This document shows positions 1-10,700 of a DNA stretch of 52,265 nucleotides, piece after piece. The first letter of the stretch is position 1. Every line of letters begins with the position of its first letter. Origin of the DNA: an uncultured Bacilli bacterium. Lineage in GTDB: Bacteria; Bacillota_I; Bacilli_A; RF39; UBA660. The stretch lies in NCBI GenBank assembly GCA_944363995.1, contig CALVVV010000001.1, forward strand, positions 1-52,265, in the 5' to 3' direction. The notes beneath the pieces were generated by a model. That model saw only the letters and a program-made list of their open reading frames with translations, was not told the DNA's origin and made no database searches. Made by a program: the position numbers and the translations under genes.

Positions 1-75
1 TTTTTATAATAGAGGCCTTTATTCAATAGGCTTCTTTTTAAAAGTTCCACATAACTAAAAGTTCCACATAAATAT

Positions 76-106
76 AAAAAATAAGGTCAATTTTTAACCT
101 TATTTT
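76..106 (-). terminator. Rho-independent terminator after the giant secreted-protein gene (hairpin is symmetric and readable on both strands)
   Basis: Stem ATAAGGT (81-87) pairs with ACCTTAT (97-103) around a 9-nt loop. It is flanked by an A-run (76-80) and a T-run (104-108) and lies directly after the stop at 107-109. Confidence 0.6.
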
Positions 107-3100
107 TTAATATCGACAATCATAAAAACTGGTTGTATCATTAACATTACGGAATTTATCAGCGACACAAGTTCCAGGTTTATTTTTCGCATCAGTTATA
201 TCAATTAAATATGTTAAATATTCACTTATACAACCATTACCTGTTCCTTTTGCACATTTAAAATCAAAATATTTATTTGTTCCTATCTTACCTGTATAAG
301 AAGTATATGAATTTTCATCATTATATTCTCTTATTTCTTTAATTATAGTAGGATTTAAAACAAATGTATACATTGGTTCAAGTTCGTACAATTCATCATA
401 TTCTACACCACGATTATTATGAATATAGGCTTCAACAGTTAAATTATCATCACTACAATTTCCTTCTTCATCACACCAGTTTGCTCCTGTTTTTCTACCA
501 CTAGCATCAATATCTGGAAAAGCATTATATAAATCAATTGGACGATAAATTAAATTAATATCACCAATTCCATCATCTTTATTACCATCATCTTTATTAC
601 CATCATCTTCTGGTAATAAATCAGAATAAACTGTATATTGACATATCCATTTACCATATTCTTCATCTTTACTTTGTGGTATATCGCTACCACTTAAGAT
701 AGTATCAACCATTGTTTTACCAGTTTCAACATGACCTAAATTACTATATTCAATATCAAATTGTCCTTTATCTTCATTAGAGCCATAAACTCCTTCACTA
801 GCTGAATAAGAAACTGGGAAATTTGAAAAACCAACATCAATATAATTTGTAGTAAAATGTTCTACACTGTTATTAGCTAAATCATTAGGATGAATAGATA
901 AATGATTTGATTTTAATATATATCTAAAAACATTAGATTTCAATGTAAATCGAGTAGTAGCATTTCTTGTCATCATAACATATCTATCATCACCACTACA
1001 ATTTTTCATTGTTACGTCGGTAGGAGAACAACTATTACCGCTACAACCTTTTATTTGTTCAACATCTTCAGTTGTGCAAACAGATTGATTAGTAAATGAG
1101 TAACTGGTTGATTTATTTAATTCATCTTTATAATAATAATTAATATCATCACTATAAATGATAGTAGCTTTAGGATCTACCTCATATACATCACTTTCAT
1201 TCCATGTATAGCATTCTTTCATTGTATTAATAATACCTTGAACTTTTGATAAAGCACTTCTATAATAAACACCATTAGCTTTATTACTATCATAAGTAGG
1301 TTTAGTCGTATTGGTTCTACCACCACTACACCATTTTTTACCATTCCATTTTTCATGTTTTTCATCACCATACTTAGAAGTTACAGAAAATTCTACAGGT
1401 TCAGCCGTATATAAGTCATATCTTTCATAGTTTCTTTTTTTACATATTGGTTTGCCATTAGAATCCAATTTTACCATATTAGTTACTGAATCTATCGCAA
1501 GTTCATCACAACAAGTAACCGTAGTTTTATCATTATAATATATATTGTTTTTACAACTACAACTGCTACTAGATGTTGTTACTGTATAATTTTCAATACT
1601 TTCTTTTATTAATATTTCTAATTGATAGTCTACATATGCATCAACAGCATCATCATTAGCATTTTCTAAATCTTTTTTAAATCGGCTCCATTCAACAGAT
1701 TTTGTTTTACAAGTTCTACTTCCTTTAACACTACTATATCCCCAAGTAAATCGAGAACCAGCTTCTACATAAACATTAGGAGCTGCTAAAGAAGCATTTA
1801 AATCTTCAATACAATATACTTCGCAATACTTATTTGTTAATTCATCTTCATAATAAGTTAAGCTTTCTGATTGATCAGCCCATTTATGATCAACAATATC
1901 ATAAGTACCATTATCATTAAAAACACAGTTTTCCCAATATTCATCTTCTACAATACCGTTAGATGAATCACTATAAATTATATCATCACCAGTTGTACAA
2001 GTACCCAAATCATAATTAGGTGTACAGTTATAAGAAGTAGCTTTATCACAACCACAATTTGATATATACCATTGACCTGTTATATTAGTACCTTTTTGAT
2101 TGTTGTAAACAGAAAAATCAAATTTTTCTATCCGATCACAAGATAAATTAGTTAAAGAACTACCATAAAAATTTTTAATTGAATCGCAACTTGCAACGTT
2201 TGCATTTATACAATTTTTAATATAAGAATAATTTGTGCCACTATCATCATTTTCTAAAGTCCATTTAAAACCACTAGCTGGATAAAAACTAAGATTATAA
2301 GCATCTATCATTGTCTGTAATTTTTCACGATAACGAGAATTAAAAGTAGACATAGAAGCTTTTTTTATAGTAGCAATAGTTGGATAAGAAGTTAAACTAT
2401 ATTTAGTTTTCATATCACCATACCATTTTTCAAACTCTTCACACCAATAATTTTCCGTTGTTCCGCAATTTAATGAATTAAGATAATAATCTTCTGTTAT
2501 TGGTGTCCATTCTAATTTGTGTTCATTAGAATAAGTTTGCCAAGTATTATTATACGAAGTAAATGTCCCAGAATCAAATTTACTTCCGATTAATGAACCT
2601 TTAGTAACATATAATTGTGGAGCAACAAACCAATCAAAATCACCAAAAACACCAACCAAATCTATTATAGCTACTTGATTTTGCGTTTTGTAACTATTTA
2701 AAGCACTACTAGCATAATGTTCATATATACCATAACAAGTACATTGATTTACAAACCATTTTACATCGACTTTATCACTACCATCAGTATAATTTATATA
2801 ACCATTAGAATATAATTTATATAATCCTTGAACACCATTTTTGGCATATTCAGTTTCAAATTTTTTTTCTAAATTATTCCATCCAATTTTTTCTTTTACT
2901 GTGTCACAGGCATTTTCTTTTCCTGAATAAACATCACTAACCCATAATACACCCATTCCTACACCGTAATTTCCTGTTGAAACATCATTGCTAAGATAAA
3001 CATCTTTACCACTAGTATCACATATTTTTTTACTATTCTTATAGTCAATTTTTATATTTTTAAAATAATAGCCATCAGGGAAATTTTTGATTAAAATTGT

Positions 3101-3967
3101 TGATCCTTTCTGTTTCATACTATCAATAATATTTCCATCCAAATATGTTTTACAAGGGGAAGAACGTCTAAGAACAGCATTCAAATCACATAAAGCTCCA
3201 GTTGAACTATATCGGCAAGGTGCGACACCACTAGATGTTACAAAGCCACCACCTTTTTGATTATAACGAGCTTCATAAGCAAGTTCATAAGATGTTCCCA
3301 TAAACAATTCACCATTCATTAATACAACTTCGACTGGCTCAACAACAATAAATAAATCATAAAGAGCATTAGTTTCACCTGCTACTAAATAATCTTCTAA
3401 TTTACCAGCATTATATTCTTTTAATAAAGTATTAAGCCAAGCTTCCATATATTTATCATAATCTTCTTGGGATAATGAAGTATTCTCTTTATAGAATCCA
3501 TCAAACATACCAGTATAAGAATTACTAACAACTTTAGTTTCCAAATTAAGGGAAAAATTATAAACACTACCATCACTGGCTTTAGCACTACCTAATAATT
3601 TTTGTAAATTACTTAAAGGCTCAGCAAGACTACCAATCGTTTGTTTATCTTTTTTAAAATTAAGTGTACATTTTTTATTTGCATAAGCTGGACGACTACA
3701 AATATTAGTAGCTCTTAACTGCACATTAGAATTATTTTTATATTGGTCATCCTGGATATATGTCCTGCTAGCAACATCTGTTCCATCACTTTTGACAATT
3801 GAAACCCTAATACCATCAAAATAAGGAGATGGATGTTTTGTTGCACCTCCTCCGACACCATTATTATCTATAGATCCACCTTGAACGTCACCACTTGTAC
3901 TAATCGCATAAACAGTAACTGTTAAAGATACAAATATAAGTAGTACAGTAAAAATTATTTTTTTCAT
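107..3967 (-). CDS. Large secreted cysteine-rich protein of unknown function (about 1286 aa)
   Basis: Uninterrupted 3.9-kb ORF. The ATG at 3967 follows the RBS AGGTGG; the track start (GTG at 3976) lies inside that RBS. N-terminus MKKIIFTVLLIFVSLTVTVYA is a signal peptide. I count 40 Cys. There is a DDGNKDDGNKDDG repeat near the C-terminus. I recognise no catalytic or anchoring motif. Confidence 0.8.
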   Translation of the reverse strand: MKKIIFTVLLIFVSLTVTVYAISTSGDVQGGSIDNNGVGGGATKHPSPYFDGIRVSIVKSDGTDVASRTYIQDDQYKNNSNVQLRATNICSRPAYANKKCTLNFKKDKQTIGSLAEPLSNLQKLLGSAKASDGSVYNFSLNLETKVVSNSYTGMFDGFYKENTSLSQEDYDKYMEAWLNTLLKEYNAGKLEDYLVAGETNALYDLFIVVEPVEVVLMNGELFMGTSYELAYEARYNQKGGGFVTSSGVAPCRYSSTGALCDLNAVLRRSSPCKTYLDGNIIDSMKQKGSTILIKNFPDGYYFKNIKIDYKNSKKICDTSGKDVYLSNDVSTGNYGVGMGVLWVSDVYSGKENACDTVKEKIGWNNLEKKFETEYAKNGVQGLYKLYSNGYINYTDGSDKVDVKWFVNQCTCYGIYEHYASSALNSYKTQNQVAIIDLVGVFGDFDWFVAPQLYVTKGSLIGSKFDSGTFTSYNNTWQTYSNEHKLEWTPITEDYYLNSLNCGTTENYWCEEFEKWYGDMKTKYSLTSYPTIATIKKASMSTFNSRYREKLQTMIDAYNLSFYPASGFKWTLENDDSGTNYSYIKNCINANVASCDSIKNFYGSSLTNLSCDRIEKFDFSVYNNQKGTNITGQWYISNCGCDKATSYNCTPNYDLGTCTTGDDIIYSDSSNGIVEDEYWENCVFNDNGTYDIVDHKWADQSESLTYYEDELTNKYCEVYCIEDLNASLAAPNVYVEAGSRFTWGYSSVKGSRTCKTKSVEWSRFKKDLENANDDAVDAYVDYQLEILIKESIENYTVTTSSSSCSCKNNIYYNDKTTVTCCDELAIDSVTNMVKLDSNGKPICKKRNYERYDLYTAEPVEFSVTSKYGDEKHEKWNGKKWCSGGRTNTTKPTYDSNKANGVYYRSALSKVQGIINTMKECYTWNESDVYEVDPKATIIYSDDINYYYKDELNKSTSYSFTNQSVCTTEDVEQIKGCSGNSCSPTDVTMKNCSGDDRYVMMTRNATTRFTLKSNVFRYILKSNHLSIHPNDLANNSVEHFTTNYIDVGFSNFPVSYSASEGVYGSNEDKGQFDIEYSNLGHVETGKTMVDTILSGSDIPQSKDEEYGKWICQYTVYSDLLPEDDGNKDDGNKDDGIGDINLIYRPIDLYNAFPDIDASGRKTGANWCDEEGNCSDDNLTVEAYIHNNRGVEYDELYELEPMYTFVLNPTIIKEIREYNDENSYTSYTGKIGTNKYFDFKCAKGTGNGCISEYLTYLIDITDAKNKPGTCVADKFRNVNDTTSFYDCRY

Positions 3968-3998
3968 TATAACCACCTTACTTTATAACCTATTAATA

Positions 3999-4027
3999 AT
4001 TATAGCTTATTTTCTAATATTTGTAAA
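3999..4027 (-). promoter_or_regulatory. Sigma-A-type promoter for the giant secreted-protein gene
   Basis: On the minus strand: TTTACA (4027-4022), a 17-nt spacer, then TATAAT (4004-3999), about 30 nt upstream of the RBS AGGTGG. Confidence 0.5.
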
Positions 4028-4030
4028 TAG

Positions 4031-4065
4031 AAAAAATCGTTAATTTAACTCATAAAATTAACGAC
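4031..4065 (-). terminator. Rho-independent terminator overlapping the 3' end of the 146-aa ORF
   Basis: A 10-11 bp stem (GTCGTTAATTT / AAATTAACGAT on the minus strand) with an 8-nt loop, followed by a T-run. The stop codon lies inside the stem. Confidence 0.6.
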
Positions 4066-4498
4066 TTTTTCGATTATTTTCTAGTTCGTTTTGTTTAATA
4101 TCTTTATCATAATTCAAATTATTTTTTAATTCTCTTTCAATAACATTTATTTTCTTATTTAATAAATTCATATATTTTTCATCTAAATAAATTGAATAAC
4201 GATCATGAATTATTATTTTATATCTTTCTAAATCGCCCAAAGCAATTCTAGTATCATCATCATCATCACTATCTAAATTTTCAATTATTATCTTTAAATA
4301 AAAATCCAATTTATTTTTTATTTTTCTTTTAATTATTTTTTCAATCAATGATGGCTTAATAATAACCATTTCATTAATTTTAATTCCTTCGTAAGGATAA
4401 GTATTTTTAGGTGTAAATTTATAACCACTTAATTTATCACAATTTATATAAACAATTTCGCCATTATATTTTTCTTTTGTTACAAAATATTGTTTCAT
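4058..4498 (-). CDS. Hypothetical protein, 146 aa, with an acidic DSDDDDD patch
   Basis: ORF starts 1 nt after the trmD stop and is followed by a terminator. No recognisable motif. It occupies the position where rplS usually follows trmD. Confidence 0.55.
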   Translation of the reverse strand: MKQYFVTKEKYNGEIVYINCDKLSGYKFTPKNTYPYEGIKINEMVIIKPSLIEKIIKRKIKNKLDFYLKIIIENLDSDDDDDTRIALGDLERYKIIIHDRYSIYLDEKYMNLLNKKINVIERELKNNLNYDKDIKQNELENNRKSR

Positions 4499-4499
4499 T

Positions 4500-5168
4500 T
4501 TAATCTTCCCCCAACAAATCCGGTCTACGTTCTTTCGTTCTTTTTAAACTTTGTTCATAGCGCCATTTATTAATGTTTTCATGGTGACCAGATAATAATA
4601 TATCTGGTACTTTCATTCCTTTATAATCAACTGGTTTAGTATAAACAGGATAATCTAATAAATTATTATTAAATGAATCATTAAGATGTGATTCTTTATT
4701 AATTACACCATCAATCAATCTAATAATACTATCAGTAACAACTTGACAAGCTAATTCGCCACCAGTTAGGATATAATCACCAATCGAAAGCTCTAAATCA
4801 GCTAATGTTCTAATTCGTTCATCAAACCCTTCATAATGCCCACAAATGATAATCAAATGTTGTTTTAAACTTAGTTCATAAGCTTTTTTTTGATTGTATT
4901 TAATTCCTTGAGGTGTCATTAAAATCACATATGAATCTTCTTTTTTTAAATCATTTACAGCATCAAAGATTGGTTGCGGCATTAAGACCATACCTTCTCC
5001 ACCACCAAATGGATAATCATCAACTCTTTTATGAATATCTTTTGAATAATCTCTTATATTATGAATATTGACAGTTACTTTTTTATTATTAATAGCTCTT
5101 TTAATAATTGATTCAGTTAAAAAATTATTAAACATATTGGGAAATAAAGTTAAAATATCAATTTTCAT
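4500..5168 (-). CDS. trmD: tRNA (guanine37-N1)-methyltransferase TrmD
   Basis: N-terminus MKIDILTLFPNMF..., the motif DDYPFGGGEGMVL and the motif GHYEGFDERI are all typical of TrmD. Overlaps rimM. Confidence 0.95.
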   Translation of the reverse strand: MKIDILTLFPNMFNNFLTESIIKRAINNKKVTVNIHNIRDYSKDIHKRVDDYPFGGGEGMVLMPQPIFDAVNDLKKEDSYVILMTPQGIKYNQKKAYELSLKQHLIIICGHYEGFDERIRTLADLELSIGDYILTGGELACQVVTDSIIRLIDGVINKESHLNDSFNNNLLDYPVYTKPVDYKGMKVPDILLSGHHENINKWRYEQSLKRTKERRPDLLGED

Positions 5169-5643
5169 CTAATAAGCCTTCAATTGTATTAATAATTAAT
5201 ATTTTTTTATCTAAATCAATATTTTTTATAAATTCATCAACGAATGGAATTAAATAATTTTTATTTTTATTTTTAACAACTAGAATTTCTTGTTTATTTT
5301 TAATTATACTATTAACTTTACCGATTAATTTATCATCATCATAAACTTTTAAGCCAATTATATCTTCATCGACATAACCATCGATATCTAAATCTTCTCT
5401 TTTAATAAATACTTCATCACCTTTAAATATAATTGCATCGTTTATATCATTTATATCATTAAATTTAACCATATCATAATTTTTATGTTTGCGGTAACTA
5501 TTTATATAAACTTTTTGTTTTCTTTTACCTAAATATAATTTATTACCTTTATAAAAGACCTTATCTTTATATTTAAAATCAGACACAATTCTTAATTCAC
5601 CTTTAATACCATGTGTATTTACTATTTCTCCTACATAAACCAT
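5158..5643 (-). CDS. rimM: 16S rRNA processing protein RimM
   Basis: VGEIVNTHGIKGELRI is the RimM N-terminal barrel motif, and the gene sits in the conserved position upstream of trmD. Confidence 0.9.
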   Translation of the reverse strand: MVYVGEIVNTHGIKGELRIVSDFKYKDKVFYKGNKLYLGKRKQKVYINSYRKHKNYDMVKFNDINDINDAIIFKGDEVFIKREDLDIDGYVDEDIIGLKVYDDDKLIGKVNSIIKNKQEILVVKNKNKNYLIPFVDEFIKNIDLDKKILIINTIEGLLDEN

Positions 5644-5651
5644 AAAAATCC

Positions 5652-6377
5652 CTACTTATCTAACTCATACAGAATAATACTTGTCGCTACTCCAACATTT
5701 AAACTTTCACATTTATCATTCATATCAATATATATAAATTCATCGCATAATTCACTACTTAATTCACTGATACCATTTCCTTCATTGCCCATTATTATAA
5801 CAAATTTAGAAACTTTTTCAATAGTTTTTAAACTTTTCCCATGAGTTACTTTTGTTCCATATATTTTATACCCATTATCCTTTAAATTTGGACAAAATTC
5901 ATTTATATCAGCTATAACTATATTTAAATGAAATACTAATCCTTGACTAGCTCTAATTACTTTTGAATTATATAAATCAACACAGTCTCTGCTTAAAACT
6001 AATGTATCAATATTAAAAGCAACACAACTTCTAATAATTGTTCCTAAATTACCTGGGTCTTGAATACAATCTAAATAAACAATTTTATTACCTTTAATAA
6101 TACCTTCTTTTTTATTGCAAACACCAATTACATTGGTTGGAGTTTCCAATTCACTTAAATAATTTTTAACGTTATTAGTCATATAGTAAGTCATAACATC
6201 TAAAGGTAATAATTCATTTTCTTCTAATAATAATTCCTTTAAATAACCTGTTTTATAAGCTTCTAAAACTAAATGTTTACCTTCAACTAAAAATAATCCT
6301 TTTTTATCACGATATTTTTTATTATGTAATTTTTTTAAATCTTTTATTTTATTGTTATCAATAGAACTATATAACAT
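5652..6377 (-). CDS. TrmH/SpoU-family RNA 2'-O-methyltransferase
   Basis: FLVEGKHLVLEA, DPGNLGTIIRS and MGNEGNGIS are SpoU motifs. The start was moved to ATG 6377, which follows the RBS AAGGTGG; the track start is further upstream. Confidence 0.85.
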   Translation of the reverse strand: MLYSSIDNNKIKDLKKLHNKKYRDKKGLFLVEGKHLVLEAYKTGYLKELLLEENELLPLDVMTYYMTNNVKNYLSELETPTNVIGVCNKKEGIIKGNKIVYLDCIQDPGNLGTIIRSCVAFNIDTLVLSRDCVDLYNSKVIRASQGLVFHLNIVIADINEFCPNLKDNGYKIYGTKVTHGKSLKTIEKVSKFVIIMGNEGNGISELSSELCDEFIYIDMNDKCESLNVGVATSIILYELDK

Positions 6378-6453
6378 AATAACCACCTTAATAATAATAT
6401 CAAAAATAAGCAAAAAAGTAAATTATTTTTGCTTATTTTAAAATATAAAATAT

Positions 6454-7209
6454 TTATCTATTTATTATCTTTTCAACAACTTTTCTAATATCTCTTTCAT
6501 TAAATGGTTTTCTTAATATATCAACTATTTTATAATTAAAAGATTTTTTTACAATATCATCGTTACCAACACCTGTTATTATCGCAACAGGTATTTTTTC
6601 TAGTAAATTATTTTTTTTCATATATTCTAATACAACAAAACCATTTACATTCGGCATATTTAAATCTAATAACATACCTACTAATTTATCATTATTTAAT
6701 TGTTTTACCGCTTCCATACCATCTTTAGCTACTACAACATTAAATTCATTGTTAAATATTTTTTTTATAAAACTACTGATTACTTCTGAATCATCTACTA
6801 CTAATATTGTTTTATCTTTAACAGCAGTTACTACTTCTTTTTTTACTGTTTCTTTACCAAAATATTCTCTTACAATATTAAGTATTCTATTTGTTTCACT
6901 CATCAATTCATCAAAATGATTATAAACATAGTAAATATGATTAGCTTTACTTTCTAATTCGTGGTTATAAGATAATTCAGCTAATTTGTCAAAGCCAAAA
7001 TATTTTGCATCACTTTTTAAAGAATGAACTAGTATAGCATAATTAGCCATATCAGCAATTTCTTTATATTTTTTTATATTACTTATTTTTTCATCTATTT
7101 CATTTAAAAATGTTTCTAATGTTCCGTTATAAGTATCCATATCACCAAATAATTCTAAACTTTTTTCTACATTAACACCATTATTTTTCAATATATTAAC
7201 ATCCTTCAT
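6454..7209 (-). CDS. Hpt domain - response regulator receiver (REC) fusion protein
   Basis: HSLKSDAKYFGFDKL is an Hpt phospho-His motif. The C-terminal ILVVDDSE...LLDLNMPNVNGF...K is a REC domain. There is no output domain. Confidence 0.8.
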   Translation of the reverse strand: MKDVNILKNNGVNVEKSLELFGDMDTYNGTLETFLNEIDEKISNIKKYKEIADMANYAILVHSLKSDAKYFGFDKLAELSYNHELESKANHIYYVYNHFDELMSETNRILNIVREYFGKETVKKEVVTAVKDKTILVVDDSEVISSFIKKIFNNEFNVVVAKDGMEAVKQLNNDKLVGMLLDLNMPNVNGFVVLEYMKKNNLLEKIPVAIITGVGNDDIVKKSFNYKIVDILRKPFNERDIRKVVEKIINR

Positions 7210-7280
7210 ATTATCACCTATAATTAGTATATCATATTTTTTATATTTATTTTATTATTATTTATTTTATTTACACATAT

Positions 7281-7667
7281 TTATATTTCATAATTCCATA
7301 TTCCTAATTTACCTTTTACTTTAATCGGATTAATTATTTTTATATCATCTAATATCCAAGCATATCTACCAACTTCATATCTTCCACAAATAAGTTCTTG
7401 ATGACTAACATTTTTAATAAATTCATCATTCATATAAGCGCAATCTTTTAAATAAGCTTTACAAATTATATAGCCATAATGCATATCTAAATTTTCAAAT
7501 AATTTAACTAATTCTTTTCTTTCAAATATATCTTTTTTTATTTTAGATATCGATGCTTGAATATATATTTCACCACGATAGTTTGTTTTCCAACTTCTAG
7601 TTTCAATATGTTTTATTTCATTCATAATAAGTGTTGCAAAAGGTTCTTTAATCGTTAATACTTTCAA
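7281..7667 (-). CDS. ASCH (PUA-like) domain protein
   Basis: LTIKEPFATLIMNEIKHIETRSWKTNYRGEIYIQAS matches the ASCH-domain pattern. TTG start follows the RBS GGTGA. Confidence 0.7.
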   Translation of the reverse strand: MKVLTIKEPFATLIMNEIKHIETRSWKTNYRGEIYIQASISKIKKDIFERKELVKLFENLDMHYGYIICKAYLKDCAYMNDEFIKNVSHQELICGRYEVGRYAWILDDIKIINPIKVKGKLGIWNYEI

Positions 7668-7716
7668 AATATATCACCATCTAAATTATATCACAAAAAA
7701 GAAGATATTTAATCTT

Positions 7717-10700
7717 CTATTCAACTGATTTTAATGATTCAATCATATCTATTTTTTTAAGTGAGAAATGCGTTACTACTTGAACTAAAACTGTAAAGAA
7801 TATCATAATTAAGAATGTATAAACAAAACTTAATTTATTAATATTTTTAACAAATAATATTTCATCGGTTTCTGCTATGGTTAGTACAAAATTATTTAAA
7901 ATAACTCCTAAAATTAAACCAATTATTATGCCCATCGAAGTTAATATTAATGTTTCTCGATAAACATAAGTTGATACTTCTCTATCTTTAAAGCCTAATA
8001 CTTTTAAAGTAGCAATCTCTCTTTTTCTTTCATTTATATTTATCGTCGTTAAATTATATAAAACAATAATCGTTAATAAACTAGAAGAAATGATAATTAA
8101 ATAAACTATATTATTCATACCACTTATAATATCATTAAACACATCTAAACTATCCGTTGTAAATTGAATATTACTAAAATATTCGGTATCCATTAAGGTT
8201 TCTGCTAGAGATTCTGAAACATTGGTAATAATTGTATTATAAGTTATTTCGTTGAATATTTTATTATAATAATTACTACTCATATAAATATAACTATTAA
8301 CATAATTTTCACAAATACCTTCAACTTTTAAGATAAATAATTCATTTTCACTATTTCGAATACTAATTGACTTACCTACTTCAGCATCTAATAATTCGGC
8401 CATTTTAGAAGTTATAATGACGCCATTATCAGATAGTTCTAGTTTATTGCCATTTAAATCATTTATTTTGATATAATTATCTACTAACGATAAATCTTCG
8501 AAAGCTAATAAATAAGTATCGATATTTTTATTATCGGCATTAAAAGTAAATGTTTCCATATGAGTATATAATAAATTATCAATATTATTATCATATAAAA
8601 CTTTATTTATATCTTCATTAATTGTAGCTTGTTCATCATTTAATATAAGCATTGTATCATATAAATGAATTTTATCATATTGTAAACTAACTAATGAACT
8701 GACACTATCCCTTATTCCAAAACCAGTTAATAATAAAGCTGTACATCCTGATATACCTAATAAAGTCATAATAATCCTTTTTTTATACCTAAATAAATTT
8801 CTTATTGTAACTTTCCAAGTAAATGATAATCTTTTCCAAATAAAATTTATTTTTTCTAATAAAACTTTTTTACCATTTTTAGGTGCCTCTGGTCTTAGTA
8901 AAGCAGCTGGAACATATTTAAAATCTTTTAAAACTGTTAATAATGTTACAACAACCATTAATGAAATAGTTACTAAAATAATTGAAACACAAGGTATAAC
9001 TTCGGCATATGTTTTTAACTCGGGAATGACAAAATTAGCTTTATAAACACTATATAGTATATGTGGAACATAAGTATAGCCAATAGATAATCCGAAAGAT
9101 AAACCTATTGAAGTTGCAATTAAAACATAAAACAAATAACTTAAAACAATTTTAAATTTATTTATTCCTAAAGATACATAAGTTCCAATTTCGCCTCGTT
9201 CTTCTTCAATCATTCTTGTCATCGTATTTAAACTCATTAAAAATACAACCAACATAAAAAATATTGGGAATACTGCGGCTATAGCATCTATTTTAACTGC
9301 ACTTTCATAGAAATTAGTATAACCACTATTATCTTCTCTTGATAATAAATACCATTTTGGTTTTTCAATATTATTTAATTCTTCTTTAGCATCGTTTATT
9401 TCATTTTCTGCTTTAGTTATTTCTTCAATATATTTATTATAATTTTCTTCATACTCTTTATAACCATCTTCTATTTCTTTTAATGCTTCATCTAATTCAT
9501 CATATTTTTCATTTATTGTTTTAATTTGTTTAGCAAATTCATCATTCCATAAATCAATATTTTTATTTAATTCTTTTTCTTGATTAGTCAATTCTTCTTT
9601 AGTACTTATCAACAATTCTAAATTAGCTTTATTTTCTTCTAATATTTTTAATTGAGCCCTATAAGTTAAATATTCTTCACTACTTGGATTTAATGTATTT
9701 AATAAATTATTTAATTTATTAATTTGTTCAGTTAATAAATTTAAATTAGATTCTAATTCACTTTCTTTTAAATTATATTTTTTTAAAGCATCATTATATT
9801 CTTTTTTAGCGCTTTCTAATTTACTATTAGCTTCATTAAAATTTTTTTCCATCTCTTTATTAGTTTTATCTAATTCTTTTTTACCATTATCTAATTCGTC
9901 ATAGCCATCTTCTATTTTTTGTTTATTTTCATCTAACTCTTGTTTTGCTTCTTCTAATTTTTTACCATTAGTCTCTTTTTCATTTAATAATTTCTCTTCT
10001 GCTTCACTAATAACATCCATGGCTTCTTTTAAGATTTCTTCATAACGAATGGTTTCTCTAATTGGCTTTAATTCTTTTAATTTGTTATCTAAATTATTTA
10101 TTACTTCTTTATAATCATCTAAATATGATGTTTTATCAATACTATTTTTATCAATTATATATATTTCTGTATAATATTCAATATCAAAATTATCAATTGG
10201 AAGATAAATAAATGTATCTAATTTTCCATCTCCAACATTAGAAATACCTTTTGATTTATAAGTATATAATGAGCTTGTAACTGTACCAGATACTGTATAC
10301 TCTTTATTCTTTAAATTAGTACTTGCAATTTCAATTTTATCCCCTATTTGATAAGTACTTTCTTCAACCAAGCATTCATTATTATTAGGCATATTACCAC
10401 TTACTAAATTAACTTTATTAATTTCTGTAATAGCATGAACTCTTGTTACATCACCGTTTAATATGATATCAAAAGAATAAGATGGAACAACTATTAAATC
10501 AGGTGAAATTGCATTAATTGCTTCAACATCACCTTTAGTTAATCCCATTGTACTTATTATTTTATAGTCCATCAAAGATGTTTCATCATAATATTCATCC
10601 ATTGTTTTTATCATATCGGTAGCAGCTTCTCTAATCCCTGAGAAAAAAGCACTACCTAACATAACAATACAAATTAAAGATAAAAATCTACCTAATGATT

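Noticed and set aside
3968-3976. Track starts of the type 'MVI...M' (GTG or TTG a few codons upstream of an ATG) at 3976, 6413, 11444, 14152, 17275, 21928, 24236, 25114 and 37544
   Set aside because: In each case the upstream GTG or TTG lies inside the AGGTG/GGAGG Shine-Dalgarno sequence that serves the downstream ATG. The shorter ORF was therefore annotated.
5611-5844. 77-aa + strand ORF overlapping rimM and the TrmH-family gene. Similar antisense ORFs lie at 11212-11400, 15480-15767, 17606-17923, 36370-36567, 40411-40632, 47968-48165, 48199-48450 and 49745-49996.
   Set aside because: All lie entirely antisense to well-supported genes, have low-complexity F/I/L/S/N-rich translations and lack ribosome-binding sites. 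They are typical shadow ORFs of AT-rich coding DNA.
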